DNA of 64,000 nucleotides from Polyangiaceae bacterium (lineage in GTDB: Bacteria; Myxococcota_A; Polyangia; Polyangiales; Polyangiaceae), in the NCBI GenBank assembly GCA_050287085.1, contig JBNKBE010000003.1, positions 143,350-207,349 on the forward strand. Reading direction: 5' to 3'. Position numbers and translations under genes: made by a program. A model generated the notes under the pieces. That model did no database searches. It was given only the letters and a program-made list of their open reading frames with translations, and had not been told where the DNA came from. This document shows, piece after piece, positions 1-10,200 of this stretch. The first letter of the stretch is position 1, and the number at the start of each line of letters is the position of its first letter.

Positions 1-566
1 AATCCGATAACGTTGCTGGCCGATCCGTGGAGGGAGGTCACCAGGAAGGCACCGAGCCCCTGAAGCGCGTAGGCACCCGCCTTGTCCAGCCCCTCGCCGG
101 AAGCCGCGTAGGCGCCGAGCTCAGCCGGTGACGCCGGGCGCATGGTCACTTCTGTCACCACTGTGCGCTCCCCCCCCACACCCCTCTCGGGACGACCGAA
201 GGCGTAGCGTGTCATGACCTGATGGCTCCGCCCTGCGATGCGTTGCAGATGCTCAGTCGCCTCCGCCACCCCCCGCGGCTTGCCCAGAATTTGCCCGTCG
301 ACCACAACGATAGTGTCCGCCACCAGGGTGACCGGAGCCGTCATGGCCTCTGGCAATGCAAGAGCTGCTCGGAGCTTGTCCGCGACGACCCGCTCTAGGA
401 AGGTCTGCGGTGTATCGTCGCTCCGCATGGCCTCGACGACCGAAGGAACCCGTACGACAAAGGGCAACTCCAACTGAGCCAGCAAGTCCGCCCGACGGGG
501 CGACCCTGACGCGAGGAGCAAGGGCGACTCGCGATCGATTCGATATTGGACAGGGAACGGCAACAT
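1..566 (-). CDS. maf: Maf-family nucleotide pyrophosphatase (3' end runs off the window)
   Basis: Not in the ORF track. Manual translation from ATG 566 gives LLLASGSPRRADLL...LVADTIVVVDGQILGKP...DKAGAYALQGLG...GSASNVIG, which are Maf/YhdE motifs. Confidence 0.9.
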   Translation of the reverse strand, partial: MLPFPVQYRIDRESPLLLASGSPRRADLLAQLELPFVVRVPSVVEAMRSDDTPQTFLERVVADKLRAALALPEAMTAPVTLVADTIVVVDGQILGKPRGVAEATEHLQRIAGRSHQVMTRYAFGRPERGVGGERTVVTEVTMRPASPAELGAYAASGEGLDKAGAYALQGLGAFLVTSLHGSASNVIG

Positions 567-570
567 GACG

Positions 571-1203
571 CTAAAATACGCGTGCAATGACGTAAATGCG
601 ATCGCCTGCCTGCAACGGCACATCCGCCACCAGGCCCGCGCTGATCGCCTCCAGATCGAGATCTGCGGAGCGGGTGCTTCCGTCGGCCAGCGTTCGCGTA
701 AGACGAACGCGGCTGACATTGGCGATCGCGTTGACTCCGCCGGCCTGGGAGACAGCCTGAACGAGCGTCATGCCCTCCACGAAGGGAAAACTCGCGGGGG
801 CTTTGACCTCTCCGCTCACCACGATGCGCTTACTTCGGTAGAGTTTCACGCGAACCATGACCTGCGGATCGTCCCAGATCCCCCCTCGGGTCAGAGCGTC
901 ATGATACCGGACTGCCACCTGGTGCGGCTCCAACCCTTCCACGACCAGTGGCTGCACATAGGGCAGAGCTAAGCTGCCGTCAGCCTGCACCTCGTACTCG
1001 ATCGGCAGATCCTTCTCGCCAACAATCTCGACGGTCAGAAGATCCCCGGGGCCGACCGCCGTGCTCTCGATCGGCGCGGGCAGGGCGAGCCGCGACGTCG
1101 GCTGCTGCGCGGCACACCCGAGCCCCCCGCCGCCAAACATCACCAGGACCATGCCCATTCGGCGACGAAACCGGGTCGCTAGTGAGCCGCTCAGTTGAAC
1201 CAC
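571..1203 (-). CDS. Short OPX (Wza-like) polysaccharide export lipoprotein, D1+D2 only
   Basis: Lipobox-like GLGC; Poly_export motif GPGDLL..EYEVQADGSLALPYVQPLVVEGL; one SLBB domain (VSGEVKAP...QAVSQAGG...LQAGDRIYV); no C-terminal OM helix. The start may be ATG 1158. Confidence 0.9.
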   Translation of the reverse strand: MVQLSGSLATRFRRRMGMVLVMFGGGGLGCAAQQPTSRLALPAPIESTAVGPGDLLTVEIVGEKDLPIEYEVQADGSLALPYVQPLVVEGLEPHQVAVRYHDALTRGGIWDDPQVMVRVKLYRSKRIVVSGEVKAPASFPFVEGMTLVQAVSQAGGVNAIANVSRVRLTRTLADGSTRSADLDLEAISAGLVADVPLQAGDRIYVIARVF

Positions 1204-2597
1204 CGCACCCCTACGAGGGAAGTCACCCGGGAAAAGCGAAGGTTGTCGCGTCGGGTCGGGCGACGCCCCAGGGTGAGCCGATTGTCGTTCAAGCTCGCTG
1301 AGTAGTCGACGCCAGCCGTCAGAGAAAGCGTCTTGAGGAGTCGATACTCGCCGCGAAGCGACACATCCGGGCGCAACTCATCCACCCCACTACCATCCGG
1401 GGTCATAGGGGCACCTTGCGCATTGCGCGGGGGTGGGTGTTTCACGAAGCTCAAGCCTCCGCCCGCCGTTACTGAAGCAACACCCGCAATAAAATAGGCC
1501 ACCTCGGCGTAGGGCCGGAACAGGTCGTAGTAGTTGCCGAGCCCGCTCACCTGCACGTCTCGGAGCGCGCCAACGCGGATCGTCGACAGGCCGACGAGGT
1601 TGCGTCCACCCTCGTTCTTATCCGGTGCGCCGCCGAGGTACCAAGTGGCCTCCGCGCGCCCCACCGCGCCTTCAAAGTCGTCGCGGGAACCATTGGGCCG
1701 TGACTCGTAGAACATGCCCTTCCACCCCCCCAGGACGAGCAGACCGAAGCGCTCCGTGATCAGGCCGTTGATGCCCAGCTGACTGGAAACGGGCTTCGAC
1801 CCCACCTGACGCGTGCCCGGCTGGAGGTATTCGTTGAAGCCAAGCTCGCCCTGATACAGCAGACTCGTACGCGGCAAGAAGCGAAAGCGTCCCTGCATTT
1901 GCAGGCTGTGCGAAAGACGATTGAGCCCGAACTGCGGCGAATCGAACACGGTCAGTTGTGCTGAATAGCCCAGCCCCCACTCCAAGATGCCCCCTCCCGG
2001 CCGCCACTTGAGCATCAGCGCCCCTTCGGAGACCGTACGATTGAGAGGCGCGTATTCGGGTAGATTGTTGGGCTGGGCGATCCGCGCAACGTCACCGCTC
2101 AGCGTCGCTCCCCACGGACGCGCGGGGAGGATATCAACCACAAGCGCACCCTCTGCGCCCAGGAAAGAGCGCTGCGAAACGCGATCGCTATAACGATCGT
2201 CCAGCGCCACGAGCTGATTGAATTGACCCAGCGCCCGGCCCTCGACCAGGACCTTGGGGGGCAGTGGTTGTTCCGTTGGGTCCGCCCGACGGCTAAGATT
2301 GTTGAATCTGATAGCCGGGGTGAGCTGAAAGCGAAGCGTCGGGACGATCGGCTCGCTCACGCCCCACTCGGGTTCGTCTCCCGAGGCGCGGAAGAAGTTC
2401 GAGTCGTACCCGCCTTCCGCGCTAACGCCTCCGTGCAGTTGCAGCGCCCCCATCTGAAAGCCGTTGCCCTCGCCATACCGACGATCCTGCAGCCAGGGTC
2501 CCCCTTGCTGGGCCATCGCAGCGTGGGAGAAGAACACCGCCGCCAACGCCAGCAGCGCGGACAGAAAGCGGTTGGATGAACGTATCGCTTGGGTCAT
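1191..2597 (-). CDS. Outer-membrane beta-barrel, probable OPX partner (EpsX/Wzp-like)
   Basis: Signal peptide (AMA-Q), early GGYDSN motif, many amphipathic beta-strands, C-terminal beta-signal VGVRWFN; overlaps the OPX gene. Confidence 0.75.
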   Translation of the reverse strand: MTQAIRSSNRFLSALLALAAVFFSHAAMAQQGGPWLQDRRYGEGNGFQMGALQLHGGVSAEGGYDSNFFRASGDEPEWGVSEPIVPTLRFQLTPAIRFNNLSRRADPTEQPLPPKVLVEGRALGQFNQLVALDDRYSDRVSQRSFLGAEGALVVDILPARPWGATLSGDVARIAQPNNLPEYAPLNRTVSEGALMLKWRPGGGILEWGLGYSAQLTVFDSPQFGLNRLSHSLQMQGRFRFLPRTSLLYQGELGFNEYLQPGTRQVGSKPVSSQLGINGLITERFGLLVLGGWKGMFYESRPNGSRDDFEGAVGRAEATWYLGGAPDKNEGGRNLVGLSTIRVGALRDVQVSGLGNYYDLFRPYAEVAYFIAGVASVTAGGGLSFVKHPPPRNAQGAPMTPDGSGVDELRPDVSLRGEYRLLKTLSLTAGVDYSASLNDNRLTLGRRPTRRDNLRFSRVTSLVGVRWFN

Positions 2598-2645
2598 CAG
2601 CCTGGGCGCTCGCCCGACGCGCTTGCCGCGCGTCCAAGTTCGCGA

Positions 2646-3395
2646 TCAGTCCACGGCGCTGTTGACCGATGGTGTCACGAGAACCACCGGCGCCAAGTTA
2701 ACGACGTCGGATTGCACGTCGGGCAGTATGTTGTCGATCGACACGGCAAGCTCGCCATCTTCACCGTCCGATGTGAGCGATGTTTCTTCACCCAGGCACT
2801 GCCCCGCCTCATCCCCCAATGCCGCCACTCGATCCGATAGTACCATCACCAAGCTGTAGTGGTGACGCGCGGCCTGGACCGCGCCCGCAGCGTTGGCTTC
2901 CAGCACGCGGTCACGCCGTTCAGCAATCGACGACTGCGCCGCCTCCACTTCGCTGCGCTTGTCATCCAAGCAAAGAGCCCTAACCACATCACCCGCATCG
3001 CGCGCGTCTCTGAGTTGGGACTTGATTCGCTCCCCGATCGCGGTCGCGCGCGCCAAAGCTTCGTCCACACCACTGGACAACTCCGCAACAGAAAGGGCCC
3101 GCCCGCTCGCTGCCACGGGACTCGGCATCGCGTCACCGGCAGAAGACGTCGGCACCGCCGCTGGCTCCTCCTGGTCACTGGCGGCTTCAGCGTTTGCCTG
3201 CGGGGGCGAACCCGCTTGCGCCAGTGCCACGGACGCCTGACAGGGAACACCCAGCGAAAGGCCCAACACTAATAAGCCCCCCAATGAGTGAGGCCTCCGC
3301 CCGACATTGTGGCGTCGCTCGGCTCGCGGGTCCCCACTCTTGAGGCCTTCAGCCGTGACCTTTGCGCTCACGCGCCACCTTCTCCCATCTGCCAT
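2646..3395 (-). CDS. Secreted helical hypothetical protein with a Cys pair
   Basis: Hydrophobic signal region (LLVLGLSLG..ALA-Q), Ala/Pro linker, helical domain with ALCLDDK and AGQCLGEE. Alternative start GTG 3371 has GGAGAAGG upstream. Confidence 0.7.
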   Translation of the reverse strand: MADGRRWRVSAKVTAEGLKSGDPRAERRHNVGRRPHSLGGLLVLGLSLGVPCQASVALAQAGSPPQANAEAASDQEEPAAVPTSSAGDAMPSPVAASGRALSVAELSSGVDEALARATAIGERIKSQLRDARDAGDVVRALCLDDKRSEVEAAQSSIAERRDRVLEANAAGAVQAARHHYSLVMVLSDRVAALGDEAGQCLGEETSLTSDGEDGELAVSIDNILPDVQSDVVNLAPVVLVTPSVNSAVD

Positions 3396-3403
3396 GAGTC
3401 TAA

Positions 3404-3432
3404 AACATACTTGAGAGGTAACAGGGTGTCTA
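3404..3432 (-). promoter_or_regulatory. Candidate sigma70-type promoter TAGACA-N17-TATGTT
   Basis: Minus strand -35 TAGACA (3432-3427), 17-nt spacer, -10 TATGTT (3409-3404), in an AT-rich patch just upstream of ATG 3395. Confidence 0.55.
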
Positions 3433-3570
3433 AGAGATAAGTGCTGTATGTGGCAGCAAAATCCGTCGAACTCTAGGCCTTGCCCCCGCCCGACGCCACC
3501 GCGGCCCCTGGAAACGCCACCCCATTGGGCCGATCTTGCGGATTGCCCTTGAGCCTATCCAAAGCGAAAC

Positions 3571-4995
3571 TCATTGGGCCACAAAAGCGATCGGGACCGT
3601 GACTACGGCGGTGCCGCCATCCGGGGGCGGAAAGCGCAAGCTCTGCGCACGACGCTTGATGCACCCAACAACGCTGGGCGAGAAGTTGCCCGCGACGTTG
3701 GACGCCACGCTCACTACCTCACCCCCTGCCCCCACCTGGAGTCGCAAGGTTATCTTGCCACCGCTATCTGGATTGTTCGCAAGCCCGCTATTGTAGCAAG
3801 CGCGGAAACCGGCGCTGGCCCGCGCTACGACGCGACCGGCTCCCTGGACGTTGCCCGCGACCTGAGCCCCACCAACGCTCGCTTTGCCCTGGGGCCCAGC
3901 GACCTTGGCCACCGCGCCGCTGCCGGATTCCGTCGTCTTGCCCGTGGTTCCAAGGGCCTTCAGTCCTGGCCCTGCGGCTCCCTGCTCAATCGCTCCGCCC
4001 GCGCTACCTACCTTGAGACCACCCGGCCCCCCCGAGGACACACCCACTCCGGACGCCGCAGCCTGATCGATGCGATCAGTAGAAACCGTATCCATTGTAT
4101 CCAACACGTCGGCGGTGGCGGCCTTGCCGGTGTTCGACGCCAAGATGCCCATATCGAGGGAATCAAGTTCGCTTGCCAGCGCGGCGACCTCGGCAGTTGT
4201 CATTTTCTGCGTCGCCTGCTCCGGCGACTTCTGCGGCTTGGGTTTGGGGGTATTGCGCTTCGCGGGCTGCTTTTCGACTTTCGGCTTCTGGTCCTCCGCC
4301 TTCTTTTCGTCGGCCACGTCGGGTTGTTTCTCCTCGACCGGCGGCGGAGGCGGAAGACTCTTGATGCTCTCGACCAGCGCCTGCGCGTCGATGTTTGCGT
4401 CGACGATAGGGTCCATCCAGTCGGAGTAGATTAGCCCCAGCGCGAGGAAGTGTACGAGCGCCGAAAAGGCCGCAATCGTAGTTGTGCGCCAATCCACCCA
4501 CGAGCCCCCTCGCGTGACGGAAACCGGCAGCTGAGGACGAGGTGGGATCGGGGGCGGAGCGACAAACTGGAACAAGAATGCCGTCTCGCCAATGACCACC
4601 TTGCCGCGCGCGTCTTCGTCGAGCCGCAGGGGTAGCACGCGGGCGCCACCTGCCTCTTCGTACGCCTGGGCGATGTCCGTCGCCCCCCCCGGCGTCTTGA
4701 TGCGACCGCTGAGATGGCGGTCGATATTGAGCACGTAGCCATCGCGGGCGCGCTGGAAAAGCGTGTAGCTCGCCGGAACGGAGTCGTGCGCGATAACAAA
4801 GAGGTTCTTCTCGTTCGAACCGACCGTGACGTCACGGCGTTCTTTGATTATCCGCTCTTCAACGACCCGTCCGCCCCTCACCACGCCGATGCGAAGCACG
4901 CGGGGGCCAGCGGGCTGCGCGGCCGCCCGCATGACGGCGGTCATATGCCCTGGTCGCTCTGAGGGGTGCTCTCCTCGATTGGTCTGTTCCACCAT
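3571..4995 (-). CDS. GltG/PglI-like inner-membrane protein (FHA-like N-terminus, TM, TonB-C/AgmX-PglI C-terminal domain)
   Basis: Cytoplasmic beta-domain; TM helix with SxxxH (FSALVHF) as in TonB/TolA; Pro/Lys/Glu then Gly-rich linker; C-terminal FRACYNSGL..NP..GGKITLRLQV..GEV...GCI....LRFPPP.GG...VTVPIAF. Confidence 0.85.
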   Translation of the reverse strand: MVEQTNRGEHPSERPGHMTAVMRAAAQPAGPRVLRIGVVRGGRVVEERIIKERRDVTVGSNEKNLFVIAHDSVPASYTLFQRARDGYVLNIDRHLSGRIKTPGGATDIAQAYEEAGGARVLPLRLDEDARGKVVIGETAFLFQFVAPPPIPPRPQLPVSVTRGGSWVDWRTTTIAAFSALVHFLALGLIYSDWMDPIVDANIDAQALVESIKSLPPPPPVEEKQPDVADEKKAEDQKPKVEKQPAKRNTPKPKPQKSPEQATQKMTTAEVAALASELDSLDMGILASNTGKAATADVLDTMDTVSTDRIDQAAASGVGVSSGGPGGLKVGSAGGAIEQGAAGPGLKALGTTGKTTESGSGAVAKVAGPQGKASVGGAQVAGNVQGAGRVVARASAGFRACYNSGLANNPDSGGKITLRLQVGAGGEVVSVASNVAGNFSPSVVGCIKRRAQSLRFPPPDGGTAVVTVPIAFVAQ

Positions 4996-5139
4996 AGACG
5001 TTTGGTCGGGCTCCCATTTCCCGCGACGGCATACCCTAGCCGGACCTGCGAGCTGTCGCTATGGGCATTGTCGTTTCTACGCGTGTTGTCTCAATGCGGT
5101 CTGGGGGGATCTGGATTGCTTTGCTTGAAACGGGGGCGC

Positions 5140-5670
5140 TCAGCGCGGGCCACGGCTACGGCGATGCAGGCTCGGCACGCAACGCGCCGAGCGCACGTTG
5201 CTGCTTTCCGGTGTATCCCTATCCGACAACGACGCAAGCTCACGAACAATAAAGCGTTGCCAAACCTTGTGCCGGGCCGAAGCGCCACCTCCGACCCGTC
5301 GGCCGAAGGCAACAGAAAAGGCCGTGCAGATCAATGCCAACGCGCCGGCCAACAGCCAGTGCTGCGCGAACACGAAGCGGCCCACCCACAGGACAAGCAC
5401 GGACCAGGCAGCGCCACAACGCACCGCGTAGCGCGCGACCAACCCCGCCTCCGACGCGGTCCGCTCCACCAGGTGACGGAGGTCCACGAGCGATTCGACG
5501 CGCTCAGCAAAGCTGAGTGCGGCTCCAGCCTCCACCCCAGCGCGCAGCATCGGCCCCGGCTTTTCGGGCTCACCCAGCCGCCTCAATCGCAGCTCAGCCC
5601 GGGCCAGAAAGAGCAGTGGCCCCACACACCCTAGAACCAGGAGCACGATGGCTAGAAGCGCCACCACCAC
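5140..5670 (-). CDS. Hypothetical membrane protein (about 3 TM)
   Basis: Co-oriented ORF starting 7 nt after the GltF-like stop; one N-terminal and two central hydrophobic segments. Confidence 0.55.
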   Translation of the reverse strand: MVVALLAIVLLVLGCVGPLLFLARAELRLRRLGEPEKPGPMLRAGVEAGAALSFAERVESLVDLRHLVERTASEAGLVARYAVRCGAAWSVLVLWVGRFVFAQHWLLAGALALICTAFSVAFGRRVGGGASARHKVWQRFIVRELASLSDRDTPESSNVRSARCVPSLHRRSRGPR

Positions 5671-5676
5671 CCGAGG

Positions 5677-5952
5677 TCAGAAGGGTTCCTTCAAGAGCGC
5701 CTTTTCTATCCGATGAAGAAAAGGCTGTCGCAGCGTGGCGAGCGTCATCTTGGGCTGCAAACGACTGACGTCCACCGACGCGATCGGTTTTTGGACGCGC
5801 CCGACGATAGTCACTTCTCCGACGGTGACGACTTCCTCTTCGGCATGCGCCGGAAGGGCTGTCAGCCCCCAGGCCACCACGAGACTGGCCGCCGCGAAAC
5901 GGCCCAATCCTGCCGCCCACCGGGCGCTCGTTTGTTTACTGGAAGCCATCAT
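5677..5952 (-). CDS. GltF/CglF-like small periplasmic protein
   Basis: Signal peptide (AHA-E); motif EVTIVGRVQKP...RQPFLHRIEKALLKEPF; small size and position after a TPR lipoprotein. ATG 5952 chosen as start. Confidence 0.7.
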   Translation of the reverse strand: MMASSKQTSARWAAGLGRFAAASLVVAWGLTALPAHAEEEVVTVGEVTIVGRVQKPIASVDVSRLQPKMTLATLRQPFLHRIEKALLKEPF

Positions 5953-7204
5953 CCCCTGGAGCACTCATAGCTTGAATGATTGTGAGCTTGTGTCGAGCCC
6001 GTTGCAAGAGCTCATCGACGTCGTCCCCCGAGCCCATGGGACTCCTCGGTCGCATCGACTTATAGCGCTCGAAAGCCGCGATGGCGCGTTCGATAGCGGC
6101 CTGTTCACCGACACCATCGACCTTCGAGAACATGTAGACCAGCCCAATGTTGTAGTAGGGAGCCGGGAGCTTCGGCGCGGCTTGAGTGACCCACTCGAGC
6201 TGCGTCAAGGCCTGCTTCGGGCGTCCGCGCAGGCGATAGGCGTCACCCAAGTTCAAGTGCACGAGCGGGTTGGCGGGCTCGAAAGCGAGCGCGCCCTCGA
6301 GCAGGGGAATCGCTTCCATTGAGTTGCCCGCTTCCAACAGGAAGGCCGCGAGATCAACCCTTGCCTCGACAATGTCCGGGCGCAGCTCCACGACACGCCG
6401 CAAATCGGCAATCGCGCCTCGCCGATTGTTTTGCTCCTTGTAGATGAGCGCACGCAGGAGCAGCGCCTCCGGGTTGTCTCGGTCACGTGGGGGATTCTCC
6501 GGGCCATAGCCATCGAGAATCGCGGTCAAGGCGTAGAGTGCGAGGTCGAGCCGACGATTGCGGTAGTGGTCGCGGGCCAAGACCACCATGGCGCCCCGAT
6601 AGTCCGGATCCTGCTTCAGCGCTTGTTGCGCCAGCTGCTGGGCGGCCTGTGAGTCTTTCGAGGCACTCTTGAGTTCCGCCATCGCGGCCAGGACTGCGGC
6701 GCTCGACGGCGCTCGACTTCGGAGCTGACTCAGATAGCCCAGGGCTTCCGCCATCCGCCCGCTCTGGATGTACAGACGCGTGACGGCCTCGACCGCTGGC
6801 GCATACTCTGGCGCCGAAGAAAGTACCTCCCGGTACTGAGACAACGCGCCGCCAACGTCACCGCGACGCTCGGCCACAGCCCCGAGTCCCACATGCGCTT
6901 GATGGGCGTCGGGCTGCGCCGCGAGCGCCTCGCGAAACGAGCGCTCCGCCGCAGCGAGGTCCCCGGCAGCAAAAGCGCGCTGTCCGGCGCCCAAGGCGGC
7001 ACCCGCTGAAGCGTTCAATTCGATCACCCTGGGCTTCGGCCGCTCTGGCTCGGCCTTGACGACAGGGGGCGGTGGCAAGAGCTCGTCCTTCTGTTCCCCC
7101 GCCGTCGCGACCTGAGCTGTGGGGGCCCCGCCGCCGCACCCCACAAGCATCAGGCTCAGCACCGAGCCGAAGCGCACGAGCGTGCTACCCCACGCGCCGC
7201 TCAC
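5936..7204 (-). CDS. TPR lipoprotein, GltE/AglT-like
   Basis: Lipobox LMLVGC; tandem TPR repeats; GTGA overlap with the upstream gene. Confidence 0.8.
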   Translation of the reverse strand: MSGAWGSTLVRFGSVLSLMLVGCGGGAPTAQVATAGEQKDELLPPPPVVKAEPERPKPRVIELNASAGAALGAGQRAFAAGDLAAAERSFREALAAQPDAHQAHVGLGAVAERRGDVGGALSQYREVLSSAPEYAPAVEAVTRLYIQSGRMAEALGYLSQLRSRAPSSAAVLAAMAELKSASKDSQAAQQLAQQALKQDPDYRGAMVVLARDHYRNRRLDLALYALTAILDGYGPENPPRDRDNPEALLLRALIYKEQNNRRGAIADLRRVVELRPDIVEARVDLAAFLLEAGNSMEAIPLLEGALAFEPANPLVHLNLGDAYRLRGRPKQALTQLEWVTQAAPKLPAPYYNIGLVYMFSKVDGVGEQAAIERAIAAFERYKSMRPRSPMGSGDDVDELLQRARHKLTIIQAMSAPGDDGFQ

Positions 7205-10200
7205 TGCCCCACCTCCACCGCCACCGGAGCTACCGGAGGCAGACCGTTTGGCTCGGGTGAGGTCACCAAGCCGGGTCGGATCCGCAGGAACATCCCCGGT
7301 CGATAGTCGAGCCCCTGCACCCGTGCGGTATAGCTCTGGAGTTTTGCCTCACCAATCACATCGGTGAAGAAGCTCAAGCGCTGTATGGCGCGAACGACAG
7401 CAGGCGTCGAAACGTTGTAGCGGCGCGCCATCGCGATGGCGTTGCCGTAACGAGCCACCATGATCTGGTCGGCTGAGGTCAACTCCCGATCGCGAGCGTC
7501 GCGCCACTGATTCTCGACGCGGACCCGAATGGCGTCCGCTTTTTCCTGCAGCACGGGATTATCACTCTCCTCAGCTAGACGCAGCTTCTTCTCGGTAGCC
7601 GCGTCGAACATCTGCAGCTCAGGAGGTCGCGCATTGAATAGCCCCGTCCGAAGCGAGTCGTACAACGTCCCCTGGCGGGCAACGGCCGCGGTCGCCCACT
7701 CGGGCGCGGCATAGTCGTCGACAACACGCTGCAGTCGGTCGAACCATTGTTTTGCATCGGAGGCCGCGGCCCGATAGGCCGTCAACACCTCTTGCGGGGT
7801 TCCCTTGAAATGGTGATACCCCGCGTCGTAGTCAAACGCCTGCGCGAGTTGGCGATCGAGCATGATGTAGGCCCCCTCGGCGGCCATTGCCGCAACGCGC
7901 CCGCCCAGAGCTGAGCTAGAGCCGTCCGCCGCGCGCGGTGCGGTAGCTTTGTGTTGCGCGAAGGCGTTCATCGCTCGCTGCCACCACACGGAGTCACCGG
8001 ATCCGTCCGCCTGGCGCATCTTCGCAACCCAGTAGGCCGCCTCGACAACGTAGGGAGCCGCGGCCAGATTATCTGCGTTCTGTCGATAGTAGGCGCTCAT
8101 CGCGCTTTCCGCCTCAGCCCGGGCCCGCGCATTGGCTCCCGTGTTTGGGCTGAATTGGTCCCAACGCTTCAAGGGAGCACCTGCCAAGACGAAATCCGCC
8201 TCCGCTCGCGTTGCGGCGTCAGGCCCAAGACCGACAAGTGCGGTGTGGGTACGGCGCATGCCCGCCTTGTCCCCCAGGCTGGCGTAGAGGCTGAGCGCCT
8301 GCTGCGCGGCCTCCTGCCGTGCGGCAGGCGCAAAGTGTTGAACTCCCGCGATCGTATCAAATGTGGAAGCCGCCTTGGGGTAGTCGAAAAACAACACGTT
8401 GGCGCTGGCCAGCGCGTCGTAGGCCAGTTTCAGAAACTTCACCCGAGCAGCGTACTGAGCTGGATCTGCCGCAACGGGCGGAGACGCTGCGGCGTCACCG
8501 TTGACCAGTTGCTGCAACTTCGTTTCGCTGCCGTAGCGAGAAATGAACAGCTCGTACATTTCAATCGCCTTGTCGTACTCACCCACCTGCTTGTAGGCAA
8601 AGGCACCGTTCATTGCCGCCTCGGGAGCTTCGTCCCGATCAGGAGCTGCGTCCAAGGCCTTCTTATACGCGGCCGCCGCCTCCCGCCACTTGGCGTCGCG
8701 GTCGGCTCCTGCAGGCAAGGCCTCAGCCGCATCGTACAACTCGCGGGCATCGAGGTAAGCCACCCCTTGACGAACCGGTTTCCGAATTGCGTCTTCTTTG
8801 GCGCGCGTCTCCTCGTCGAAAGCGCAACTACGACCGTCAGCAAGCTCGCGGCTTCGGGCCGCGTCGCCTTCGAAGTTGCTCATACTCAGGAGCATCTCCC
8901 ACGCTCGATAACCCCACTCATTGCGACCGCAGTGCTGCTCCAGAATCGCTTCGAAACGGGGTCTGGCGTGCTTGAAGTCCCCGTAGACGAAGAATAGCTC
9001 GGCAGCCTGGAACGCGTAGGTCAGGCCATTTTTCTGCGGATCGTTGGCGAGTTCGATGCGACGATTGTAGTCGTCCCGCGCCAGCGCCGCGCGGAGCACC
9101 GCCTTGGGAACAGGCTCCTGCACCACCTGGCGATCAGCACCCGTCCCAGAAAACTCGACGTTGTCGCGTCGCCGAAGCCCCAAAGCACCACCCGTTTGCT
9201 CGTACAGGCGGTACTGATCTTCGAGCACTTGGTCTGCCACGCTGACGACGTAGTAGGCTGCCGGCTGGAGGTAAAGGTCGTCCTCGTTGGAGTCTCGCAC
9301 ATCTTCGGCGGCGGCAATGGCGCGCTCAACCTCTTCAGCAGCAGGTGTCACTCGATTTTCGACCTGCGTCGATACGAGGCCATGTAGGGCATCCGCCAGC
9401 CAGAAGCGACTCTCGTAGGCGTCCACCGCATTCGGATTCTGATCGATATACGCCGCCCACCCCTGCGCTGCCTGTTGATACTCGTCTGTCGCCTTGGCCA
9501 GCAGGGTCCCTTTTGCAGAGGAGCTCTGCACCTCGGCCGCCCGCGCCAGATAGGCGCGAGCAAAGTTCGTGTGATCGGCTGCAGCTCGTTGCAACCCGAC
9601 GCGCACGAGCTCCTCGGCCTCGATCAAAGCCTCAGGATCATCTTCGTTGGCTTTCTTCCAAGGGCTATCGCCGACGAAGGCAGACAGTCTGGTCCGAGCG
9701 GCGAGCGCCAGCGCGTTGAGCTCATCCTGCGCTGCAGAGCCCTCCTTGGCCTGCCGAGCCAGCTCGTCGTAGATGTCTGCAGCCCGAGCTTGCAGCTTAG
9801 GCGCGTCGCGATCCAGCCCAAACTTGGCGAGCGCCAGCTCGAGCGCCTGGACAGCGTTGTGTAGTTGCCCCATCTCGGAGAACTCACGCGCGAGGGCCTT
9901 GTAGATCTCGACGGTCCACTTCTCCTCTTGAGGGATCAGACGCGGATCCTGCAGTCGAGTCAGAGCCACGCTCATCTTGCGCTCGGCAACGATGGGATCT
10001 GGCTCGAGATCCAACACGTCGTTGCGCGGAATGTAGGGGTGAGCGGGCGGCGGCCCCGCAAAATCCACATAGGTCAACGAGGCGGCGATATACGTATAAG
10101 CCTCCTCCCGAAAGTCGGTCCCAGGATCCCCCGTTTCGGCCTCGAGCTCGTCGGCATGCTGCAAGAGCTGAACGAAGGCCTGCACAGTCGGCTGATAGCG

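Noticed and set aside
7951..8997. Long plus-strand ORFs (also 3574-4434, 17999-19186, 39148-39939)
   Set aside because: Antisense shadows of well-supported genes, expected in high-GC DNA; no motifs.
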